This document shows, one piece after another, positions 16,663-24,392 of a stretch of DNA of 32,000 bases. Source of the stretch: Candidatus Scalindua sp. SCAELEC01. Its GTDB lineage: Bacteria; Planctomycetota; Brocadiia; Brocadiales; Scalinduaceae. The stretch lies in assembly GCA_004282745.1 (NCBI GenBank), contig SHMT01000008.1, positions 19,909-51,908 of the forward strand, written 5' to 3'. How positions within the stretch are numbered: the stretch's first letter is position 1; every line of letters starts with the position of its first letter. Below the pieces are notes generated by a model that saw nothing but the letters and a program-made list of their open reading frames with translations, did not search any database and was not told where the DNA came from. The position numbers were made by a program, and so were the translations under genes.

Positions 16663-17871
16663 GTGTCAAAAGTCGTTGTTACGGGTTTGGGATTAGTATT
16701 AGCCAATGGCATTGGAGTTAAGGATGCATGGGAAGCACTCATTCAGGGCAAAGATGGCTCAGGAGAGGTAACCTCATTTGACACCTCACCGTATAAGATC
16801 CATCGTGCCTGTGAAGTGAAGGATTTCAAGATAGATACCACATTTGAAAATGAAACGCCTGCCCATACGATCCACAAGTATGCCTATTCAGCGGCTAAGG
16901 AAGCGTTAGAAGATAGTGGTTTACACAATGTCGCCAAATATGATTGCGAAAGATTTGGAATTGCGATTGGAACCCTTGCCGGGGAACTTCCCCCGTTTGA
17001 ATACCTGTTACGCAACTCCCCTGATGAGAAGGCTAACGGTTTTGACATGAACGTCGCCTTAACATACCCTCCATCCTCAATAACTTCCCTACTCTCCGAA
17101 GATTTTGGTTTTGAAGGCCCGAATATGGTTTCGTTAAATGCATGCTCTTCCGGCAACCACGCTATCGCATGGGCATATGATCTCTTGCTAAACGGGAAAG
17201 TTGACGTAATGCTCGTAGGCGGCGGTGAACTAATACCGCAAACGGAGTTTACCCATTTTCACAATTTAAAGGCGCTCACTCCCGAAAAATGTCGCCCTTT
17301 TGACAAAGAGAGGAAGGGACTCATTATTGGTGAAGGTGCAGGGATTATGGTAATAGAGAACCTCGATTTTGCAAAAAAAAGAGGGGCGAACATTTATGCG
17401 GAATTAAAGAGCTATGGAATGAGTTGTGACGGTCACCATATGACAGCCCCACATCCAGAGGGGGCGGGAGCAATCAGGTCAATGATGGACGCTCTATCAG
17501 TTGCACAGCTCTCCTATAAGGACATTGATTACGTTAACGCGCATGGTACTGGCACGCCCTTGAATGATCGGATGGAAACGATGGCCATTAAATCTGTCTT
17601 TAAGGAGAGGGCAAAGCAGATTCCCGTTAGTTCAATAAAATCTATGATTGGCCATACCATGGGTGCGGCAAGTGCAATCGAGTCGGTCACAAGCTGCCTT
17701 TCGATCAAGAACAATATAGTTCCCCCTACAATAAACTACGAAACCCCTGATCCCGAATGTGATTTAGATTATGTGCCCAACGAGGGGAGAGAACTCAGAG
17801 TCAATTGCGTATTGAATAACTCCTTCGCCTTCGGAGGAAACAATGTCACCAATATTTTTAGTAGGCTTTAG
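16663..17871 (+). CDS. fabF: Beta-ketoacyl synthase, FabF/KAS-II type with an intact Cys-His-His triad
   Basis: GTG start with GAAGGA 7 nt upstream. Active-site NACSSG (Cys161, TGC 17143-45), GHHMTAP and NAHGTGT, and a C-terminal NSFAFGGNN. Confidence 0.9.
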   Translation: MSKVVVTGLGLVLANGIGVKDAWEALIQGKDGSGEVTSFDTSPYKIHRACEVKDFKIDTTFENETPAHTIHKYAYSAAKEALEDSGLHNVAKYDCERFGIAIGTLAGELPPFEYLLRNSPDEKANGFDMNVALTYPPSSITSLLSEDFGFEGPNMVSLNACSSGNHAIAWAYDLLLNGKVDVMLVGGGELIPQTEFTHFHNLKALTPEKCRPFDKERKGLIIGEGAGIMVIENLDFAKKRGANIYAELKSYGMSCDGHHMTAPHPEGAGAIRSMMDALSVAQLSYKDIDYVNAHGTGTPLNDRMETMAIKSVFKERAKQIPVSSIKSMIGHTMGAASAIESVTSCLSIKNNIVPPTINYETPDPECDLDYVPNEGRELRVNCVLNNSFAFGGNNVTNIFSRL

Positions 17872-17893
17872 GAGCTGGATAACTAAATTATCA

Positions 17894-19123
17894 ATGAATA
17901 AAAAAACGGTAATTACGGGTATTGGAGTTGTTTCTCCAATTGGTATCGGCCATCAAGATTTCTGGAAAAATCTCGTTTCGGGTAATTCCGGCATTACCCC
18001 TATGGAATCATTGGATCTTTCTAAATATGAATGCAAAAATGGGGCAGAGGTAAAGAATCTAGATCCAGCGGAGTTTCTCGGTCGTAAAGGACTCAGATAC
18101 CTACACAAGGGAACTAAATTTCTTGCCTCCAGTATAAAATTGGCGCTTGATGACGCAAACCTGAACATAGATGATGAGATATCAAGCCGGACGGGCATTC
18201 TCATAGGGACATCCCTTGGTAATTTTTCTCAAACCACCGATTATTTTCATGATATAGTTCGGGAGGAGCCTTCTGAACTCTCGCCAATGCAGAGCTATGA
18301 TGTTGCACTCAATTCGTCAATAAACTACGCCTCGGTCTTTTTCAAGATAAAGGGATTTGCCAGGACAATCTCTTCCGGTTTTACGTCGGGAATTGACGCT
18401 ATTGGTAATGCACATAGGCTGATTCAGAATGGAAAAGCAGACGTAATCATCGCTGGTGGTGTTGAACAGATATCGTTGGACCTCTACATGATCTTTCTCC
18501 TGAGAAAGATGTTGTCCGGTTCACATGGTGCAGACAGTGAGATCAGCATGCCATTTGATAAGAGACGGAATGGCTTCATAATGAGTGAAGGCAGTTACGT
18601 ATTCGTAATGGAGGAGCTTGATTTTGCCTTGAGTCGTGGCGCAAAGGTGTATGGTGAGGTATCCGGGTTTGGAACTATTTTTGCTGGAAACAAAAAATAC
18701 GATACGGGAAGAAGGGTCGAAAAGGCCCAGTCGGCAATGAAAGCGTGTATGGATGACGCAAACATTTCTCTTCAAGATCTTGACCTTATTCAGGCCAATG
18801 GAAATTCAGGCCGACTATCAGACCATATTGAGGCACAGGCTATTTTCGAGTTGTTTGAAAAAAGAGGGGACGAGATACCCGTATGTGCAGTTAAATCTAT
18901 TGTGGGTGAGTGCTATGGCGCCTCCGGGGCAATGCAAACCGCAGCAACGGCACTCGCAATTCAAAACAGTCTCATACCTCCGACAATCAACTGTGAAGAG
19001 AAGGACCCTGAGTGTAACGTAAACATAATTCATCAGAAACAAGCGTGTAAGATAAACACGGCACTTGTCAATTCGTTTGATTATACAGGCAATAACTCCT
19101 GTTTAATGGTCAAGAAATTATGA
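17894..19123 (+). CDS. Ketosynthase paralog lacking the catalytic triad (chain-length-factor-like partner subunit)
   Basis: Thiolase/KS fold is clear (VITGIGVVSPIGIG; ADVIIAGGVE; NSFDYTGNN). The Cys position reads SGFTSG (Phe163, TTT 18380-82). His1 aligns to Lys (GNKKYD) and His2 to Asn (QANGNSG). The N-terminus MNKKTVITGIG fits the family; an alternative upstream ATG lies at 17843. Confidence 0.85.
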   Translation: MNKKTVITGIGVVSPIGIGHQDFWKNLVSGNSGITPMESLDLSKYECKNGAEVKNLDPAEFLGRKGLRYLHKGTKFLASSIKLALDDANLNIDDEISSRTGILIGTSLGNFSQTTDYFHDIVREEPSELSPMQSYDVALNSSINYASVFFKIKGFARTISSGFTSGIDAIGNAHRLIQNGKADVIIAGGVEQISLDLYMIFLLRKMLSGSHGADSEISMPFDKRRNGFIMSEGSYVFVMEELDFALSRGAKVYGEVSGFGTIFAGNKKYDTGRRVEKAQSAMKACMDDANISLQDLDLIQANGNSGRLSDHIEAQAIFELFEKRGDEIPVCAVKSIVGECYGASGAMQTAATALAIQNSLIPPTINCEEKDPECNVNIIHQKQACKINTALVNSFDYTGNNSCLMVKKL

Positions 19124-21165
19124 GTGAGCTATTTGAACCCATTAACCTAGGTAGCATTAAGGTAAAAAACAGACTTGCCATGTCTGCAATGGACCTCGGA
19201 TTTACCTCCGACGGTTCGGTAAATGAGCGTTTCATCGATTTCTATGTAGAGAGGGCCCGGGGAGGAGTAGGCTTAATCGTAATAGGAGGTTGCTATCCTG
19301 AGATGAATGGCAAGGTGTGGAAGAGTATCATTGGCCTGGACAAGGATGATTTTATACCGGGTTTAAAAAAGTTTGCAGATACAATGCACAAGTATGATGT
19401 TAAGGTTGCCGCTCAACTCCTTCATGGCGGCAGAAGCGCCTCCTCTTTCTTTACAAAAATGCGGCCTGTCTCAGCATCAAGTTTGGCACATGTCAACATC
19501 AAACAGGCACCTCACGCACTCACCATACCGGAGATCAAGAGAGTCATTAAGGGATTTGTTGATGCAACCATGCGATTAAAGAAGGCCGGCTTTGATGCGG
19601 TAGAGATCCACGGAGGCATGGGCTATTTGATCAATCAATTCCTTACCAGGGCTACGAATGAGCGAAGGGACCGATATGGAGGGAGCCTCAAAAACAGGAT
19701 AAATTTTGCCAGAGAAATTGTGATTGCAATCAAAGATAAAATTGGTAAGAACTTTCCCATCATATTCCGCTTGTCCGGAGACGATTTTGTTGATAACGGA
19801 CTCAAGATCGATGAGAGTATTGAGATTGCAAAGGAGCTGGAAAAGGCGGGTGTAGATGCATTCAATATATCTCCCGGTTGGCATGAGAGTCGGACCCCCA
19901 TAATGCTTATGTCCATCCCAAGAATGTCCTACATATTCTTAGCAGAAAAAATGAAGGACCAGCTCCAAGTACCCGTCATTGGATCGGTGAGAGTAAACGA
20001 TTTGGCATTAGCTGAAGAGATTCTGGATAATGGGCAGTCTGACATGGTATCGATAGGAAGGCCCCTCATCGTCGACCCGGAATTACCCAAAAAGTACAAG
20101 AAGAAACAGTTCGAAGATATTAGAAGATGTATTGCCTGCAACCAAGGCTGTTTCGATTCGTTGTTAAACTTTAAATCGGTAAGCTGCATCTACAATGTGA
20201 GGGCCGGAAGAGAGCGGGAGTTAAAGATCAGGAAGGCCAAGAAAATGAAGAGGGTAATGGTGATCGGTGGTGGTCCCGGAGGTCTCGAAGCGGCAAGGGT
20301 TGCCGCACTACGAGGGCACGAGGTCCATCTGTATGAGAAAAATAGTGTCCTTGGCGGACAACTAAGATATGCCTATCTACCTCCTGGAAGGGGAGAGATA
20401 GAAAACGTCATTACCTTTCTCGAGGCACAGATAAAAAAATTAAACGTAAAAATTCAACTACACAAGAAGGTCGATACGAAGGAAATTAAGAATTTAAAAC
20501 CCGATGCCGTAATTGCCGCTATTGGAGGTAGCCCCATCATACCTCCTATTCCGGGCATCAGAGAGAAGAATGTCGTTGTGGCCGAGGATATCTTTGATAA
20601 CCGGGTAAAGATCGGAAAAGATGTGGTCATTATCGGTGGCGGGACGATTGGGTGTGAAGTCGCCTTGCACATTGCAAAAATGGGAGCAATGAATCCTGAG
20701 GTGGCGTGCTATCTCCTGCGAAATGGGGTCATAAGCGGTGATGAGGCGGTAGCGTATACCTCACGAGGAAAAAGGAATATTACAATCTTAGAGATGAAGA
20801 ACAAGATTGGGGGCGCATTTGGCATCTCAACTCGCTGGGTCATCATAAAACAGGTGAAAGATGCGGGGGTTGAGTGTATGAACGGCTTGCATGTCAAAGA
20901 GATCAAGACGAGCAAAAATGGAAAGAGGTCATCCAAGGCAAAATCTCAAGATACAAAAATCTGCGTAACCTTTGAAAAAGAGGAGAAGGTAAATTCGATT
21001 TATGCCGATACCGTCGTCATAGCAGTTGGATATAAACCCAATCAAGACCTGCTCAGAAAGTTAGATGGAACAGTAGACGAATTTTATACAATAGGAGATT
21101 GTGTAACGGTCCGGACTGCCCTTGAAGCCATCCACGAGGGATTTGAAGCGGGTTTGAAAGTTTAA
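19120..21165 (+). CDS. FadH-like (2,4-dienoyl-CoA reductase family) Fe-S flavoprotein: OYE-type TIM barrel plus a FAD/NAD(P)-binding domain
   Basis: 681 aa. OYE-like N-terminal domain (HGGMGYLINQFL, RYGGSL.NR), a 4Fe-4S motif CIACNQGC..C (Cys337/340/344/356, nt 20128-20187), then VIGGGPGGLEAA and a second IIGGGTIGCE dinucleotide fold. The start overlaps the upstream stop (ATGA). Confidence 0.85.
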   Translation: MSELFEPINLGSIKVKNRLAMSAMDLGFTSDGSVNERFIDFYVERARGGVGLIVIGGCYPEMNGKVWKSIIGLDKDDFIPGLKKFADTMHKYDVKVAAQLLHGGRSASSFFTKMRPVSASSLAHVNIKQAPHALTIPEIKRVIKGFVDATMRLKKAGFDAVEIHGGMGYLINQFLTRATNERRDRYGGSLKNRINFAREIVIAIKDKIGKNFPIIFRLSGDDFVDNGLKIDESIEIAKELEKAGVDAFNISPGWHESRTPIMLMSIPRMSYIFLAEKMKDQLQVPVIGSVRVNDLALAEEILDNGQSDMVSIGRPLIVDPELPKKYKKKQFEDIRRCIACNQGCFDSLLNFKSVSCIYNVRAGRERELKIRKAKKMKRVMVIGGGPGGLEAARVAALRGHEVHLYEKNSVLGGQLRYAYLPPGRGEIENVITFLEAQIKKLNVKIQLHKKVDTKEIKNLKPDAVIAAIGGSPIIPPIPGIREKNVVVAEDIFDNRVKIGKDVVIIGGGTIGCEVALHIAKMGAMNPEVACYLLRNGVISGDEAVAYTSRGKRNITILEMKNKIGGAFGISTRWVIIKQVKDAGVECMNGLHVKEIKTSKNGKRSSKAKSQDTKICVTFEKEEKVNSIYADTVVIAVGYKPNQDLLRKLDGTVDEFYTIGDCVTVRTALEAIHEGFEAGLKV

Positions 21166-21169
21166 AATT

Positions 21170-21970
21170 ATGAAAGACATACGAATGAACAGGGGTGATG
21201 ATTCCGGATCTCAGCACCTCGAATATGAAGAGGTAGAGCTAAAAAACAACAGATATGCCGGAGTCATTAAGATAAAGAAGCCACCCCGGAACTCTATTGG
21301 TTCCTGGTTGCTAGATGCACTCTATGACAGGATTGATTCATATGAAAAAGATGACACGATAGCGGCCATCATTATCACGAGTAGTATACGGGGGGTCTTT
21401 TGTGATGGTGCAGATAGAGATGAGCTGTTCGGTTCATGGATATCGGGTTTAGTGGCTGAAAAAAACTACGATAGATTTGTCAGGGCTCATGAGATGTTTA
21501 GGGAGATAGAGAATTGCCAAAAACCGCTCATTGCCGCACTGAATGGTGTTACCATAGGGGCAGGACTGGAACTCGCCCTCTTATGCGACATCCGCATAGC
21601 CTCAGAAATCGCGTTTTTCAGTCTCCCTGAGGCAAAACCTGAATTGAGCATAATACCGGGGCTTGGAGGGACTATCAGACTTCCGAAGATAATCGGTACC
21701 GCACGGGCCAAAGAGATGTTGTATTCGGGAAAGATGATTCGTGCGAAAACGGCACTGCAGTGGGGTTTGGTGAACAAACTTGCACCCGTTAGGGAGGTAC
21801 TTAAAGAGGCGCTCGATTACGCCAAGGTGCTGGCTGAGAACAACGGCAAGGCAATACAGACAATGAAAAAGTGTATAAACTTTGCAATGGAACACGATAC
21901 AAGCGAGGGTATCAAATATGAAGTTGGTCTCTTTGCGGAGATGATGCGAGAGAAACTGGTAAAGACGTAG
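21170..21970 (+). CDS. Enoyl-CoA hydratase/isomerase (crotonase) family protein with both catalytic Glu positions retained
   Basis: ALNGVTIGAGLELALLCDIRIAS and SLPEAKPELSIIPGLGGT are the crotonase oxyanion-hole and catalytic blocks. Only 4 nt separate it from the upstream stop. Confidence 0.85.
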   Translation: MKDIRMNRGDDSGSQHLEYEEVELKNNRYAGVIKIKKPPRNSIGSWLLDALYDRIDSYEKDDTIAAIIITSSIRGVFCDGADRDELFGSWISGLVAEKNYDRFVRAHEMFREIENCQKPLIAALNGVTIGAGLELALLCDIRIASEIAFFSLPEAKPELSIIPGLGGTIRLPKIIGTARAKEMLYSGKMIRAKTALQWGLVNKLAPVREVLKEALDYAKVLAENNGKAIQTMKKCINFAMEHDTSEGIKYEVGLFAEMMREKLVKT

Positions 21971-22033
21971 CCGTACTGAGTTAAGTTTTTAAGTAATTTT
22001 TTTATCACTACATTTTCACCTGGAGGCAAAGAG

Positions 22034-22771
22034 ATGAAAGACAAAGTTGCAATAGTGACAGGCGGCACAAGAGGTATCGGTCGGGCAATAGTCCTTGAAT
22101 TAGCACGGAATGGGTGTAATGTTGCCTTTAATTACGCAAAGAGTGAGGAGCTGGCAAAAACCCTTGTAACAGAAGTTGAGTCACTCGGTGTCAAGGCCTT
22201 GGCAAAACAGGCAGACGTAGTAGATTTCGAGGCAGCAAAGAGTATGGTGGCTGAGGTTAAGGAAGAGTTCGGACAGATAGATTTTTTGATCAACAATGCC
22301 GGTGTGACCAGGGACAAGCTCCTCGCCTTAATGAAGGAGAGCGATTGGGATGAGGTGATCAACACCAACCTCAAAAGCGTCTATAACTTTTCCAAGGCCA
22401 TAATTATGACCATGGTCAAACAGAAGAGCGGGAACATCCTCAACATTACGTCAGTAAGTGGAATCGCCGGAGTAGCAGGACAGACGAACTATTCCGCTTC
22501 GAAGGCAGGCGTCATCGGCTTTACCAAGGCCCTGGCCAAAGAAGTTGGCAAGGCAAAAATAAATGTAAACGCGATTGCGTGTGGCTTCATTGAGACAGAC
22601 ATGACCGCCTCGCTCCCGGAAGAGTATAAGAGTAAGATGATAGATATGACATCTCTCAAACGGTTTGGAAACCCCGAGGAGATAGCCAAGATTGCGAAAT
22701 TCATGCTCTCAGAAGAGGCAAAATATATTACCGGACACGTTCTTACCGTTGATGGCGGTTTGGCGCTATAA
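22034..22771 (+). CDS. fabG: 3-oxoacyl-[ACP] reductase (SDR, FabG type)
   Basis: TGGTRGIGRA, NNAG and YSASKAG motifs, 245 aa. GGAGG lies upstream of the ATG. Confidence 0.9.
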   Translation: MKDKVAIVTGGTRGIGRAIVLELARNGCNVAFNYAKSEELAKTLVTEVESLGVKALAKQADVVDFEAAKSMVAEVKEEFGQIDFLINNAGVTRDKLLALMKESDWDEVINTNLKSVYNFSKAIIMTMVKQKSGNILNITSVSGIAGVAGQTNYSASKAGVIGFTKALAKEVGKAKINVNAIACGFIETDMTASLPEEYKSKMIDMTSLKRFGNPEEIAKIAKFMLSEEAKYITGHVLTVDGGLAL

Positions 22772-22874
22772 ATGAGCTCCTTTCAGTCGCGCATGTATTG
22801 CTTTTTGCTTCGCAAAAAGATAACTGATATTATGATAAAATATGTACCCTTATGTACAAAATATTGTTCTTAGT

Positions 22875-23085
22875 CAGTAGCGTTCGGTTAGGTTTTTGCG
22901 TGTTTAATTTATTGCCCTAAAACTGTCATTCCCGCCCGCCTGTACCTATTCGAGCAGGCATGTTTTTAGCGGGAATCTAGAATTAACAAGTCTCTAGATA
23001 CCCGATAAGCTTGTCCTCGTGAAAACGGGGAAGACTTCGGGTATGACAAAAGGCGCCTCCGCAAACACCTAACCGGACGCTGCTG
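22875..23085. mobile_element. MITE family C, copy C2 (reverse) with a 9-bp target-site duplication
   Basis: TIRs CAGTAGCGTTCGGTTAGGTTTTTGC and GCAAACACCTAACCGGACGCTGCTG. It is flanked on both sides by GTTCTTAGT (22866-74 and 23086-94) and carries a roughly 22-bp insertion relative to C1. Confidence 0.85.
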
Positions 23086-23142
23086 GTTCTTAGTAATTTT
23101 TTTCAAAAATTACCTTAACAACTGAAAGGAACTACGTTCAAA

Positions 23143-23454
23143 ATGCTATTCTTGTTAAAGGTCCAGATAAAGAAAGTACCCGATATTCCCTTAAAAGATT
23201 TCCTGGGATTTGTGGTCAAGGAGTGGGAATATTTTTTGAGGATGAAAAGAAGGGGCAAGATCCTTGCCGGAGGTAAGTTAGCCGGAGGCAGAGGAGCTGC
23301 CGCCATTATTGAGGCTGACTCACATGAAGAATTCGACCAGATCGTGGGAAACCTGCCACTCTTTCCTTTTTTTACTGACATAGAAGTAACACCGCTCATT
23401 TCCACTGAAAAAGCCTTGACTGACGTTAAACGGGTCCATTCGCTTATGAAGTAG
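23143..23454 (+). CDS. Muconolactone delta-isomerase-like (ferredoxin-like fold) small protein
   Basis: 103 aa. MLFLLKVQI start and GNLPLFPFFTDIEVTPL resemble the MIase family block LPLFPY.DIEV.PL, from memory only. Confidence 0.5.
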   Translation: MLFLLKVQIKKVPDIPLKDFLGFVVKEWEYFLRMKRRGKILAGGKLAGGRGAAAIIEADSHEEFDQIVGNLPLFPFFTDIEVTPLISTEKALTDVKRVHSLMK

Positions 23455-23761
23455 AATCAATCGTAAACATAACGATTTAATAAGAACTTTGAGAAACGAA
23501 AATATATATTATTAGTGACGCATGTGTCCTTTGTTGGTATACTGAGGACTAGTTATTAACGTGGCCTTAACTTTTCTTAGGGATTTTTCTCAAGAAAAAC
23601 TTTAATAGCCACGCAAACTGTACATAAGAAGCTTCACACTCAGGCCCTGAGGGGAATCGGGAGGAATATCCGTGACTCACACCCGGTGTGTTGCACAAAA
23701 AATAATTAGCCGAATGTCGGCTTTCGCTATCTAAAGAATCAGTGTGCTTGGTTTTTGATAG

Positions 23762-23767
23762 TATAAT
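23762..23767 (+). promoter_or_regulatory. Perfect TATAAT -10 box about 30 nt upstream of the RRM gene start
   Basis: The hexamer was read directly. No convincing -35 element. Confidence 0.25.
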
Positions 23768-23798
23768 CTCAGTCAACGCACAAAAAAGAGGAAGATAC

Positions 23799-24071
23799 AT
23801 GAATATTTATGTGGGAAATCTGCCATACAGTGTAACTGAAGCCGATCTGAGGGAGGCTTTTTCTGGGTTTGGTGAAATATCGAACGCATCTCTTATCAGC
23901 GATAAGTTTTCAGGCAAATCAAAAGGATTTGGATTTATTGAGATGCCAAACGACGAAGAGGCGAATGCCGCGATTCAGGCCCTCAATGAAAGTGACTTGC
24001 AAGGAAGGAATATCAAGGTAAATCAGGCGAAACCAAAAGGTGACCCCTCTGAACGCAGGCCAAGATATTAA
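23799..24071 (+). CDS. RRM-domain RNA-binding protein (short-tail type)
   Basis: RNP2 MNIYVGNL and RNP1 KGFGFIEM, 90 aa. AAGAGGAAG RBS. The ORF-track start at 23742 adds 19 unlikely residues. Confidence 0.9.
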   Translation: MNIYVGNLPYSVTEADLREAFSGFGEISNASLISDKFSGKSKGFGFIEMPNDEEANAAIQALNESDLQGRNIKVNQAKPKGDPSERRPRY

Positions 24072-24101
24072 CCGGTAACAATGTCATCTACTGGAAATCA
24101 A

Positions 24102-24299
24102 ATATACTAAAACCGATCTGGTTTTCGGTTTTACCTGTCCGAACGGTTGACAGGCCGGGCTGGCCGAAAACCAAATTTTGGTTGCCTGCCCGGCATGTTG
24201 TTCAGGCGGGCCCTTTTCCCCGGACAAAAGGTGCCGGGGACTTTCCTCGTTGAATTGTATCTCGGATTTTATCCGAAAACCACTATGAGATGAGTATAT
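24102..24299. mobile_element. MITE family B, copy B2 (long form, forward)
   Basis: It runs ATATACTAAAACCGATCTGGTTTTCGG ... CCGAAAACCACTATGAGATGAGTATAT over 198 bp. It sits between the RRM gene and the helicase start. Confidence 0.8.
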
Positions 24300-24392
24300 T
24301 ATTTCCTCCCATTATTCATTATGCTTCTTTCCTCCTATAATTGCTGACTGTTCATCAGGTAAGTACAAATAATTATTAAGGTGATTTAAATT

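Noticed and set aside
17843-17893. Upstream ATG (17843, with GGAGG 5 nt upstream) as the start of the second ketosynthase
   Set aside because: The GGAGG is the codon pair of the conserved FGGNN motif of KS1. The added 17 residues (MSPIFLVGFRSWITKLS) have no counterpart in KS families, whereas MNKKTVITGIG at 17894 is the canonical N-terminus. It remains possible.
22801-22819. Hairpin CTTTTTGC-TTC-GCAAAAAG after fabG as the operon terminator
   Set aside because: The 8-bp stem is almost entirely AT, the loop is only 3 nt, and no T-tract follows. It is too weak to call.
23567-23800. 77-aa minus-strand ORF upstream of the RRM gene, plus similar small ORFs at 12050-12241, 12798-13004, 29369-29602 and 29756-29959
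   Set aside because: They lie in promoter or leader regions or are antisense to better genes. None has an RBS or a recognisable motif.
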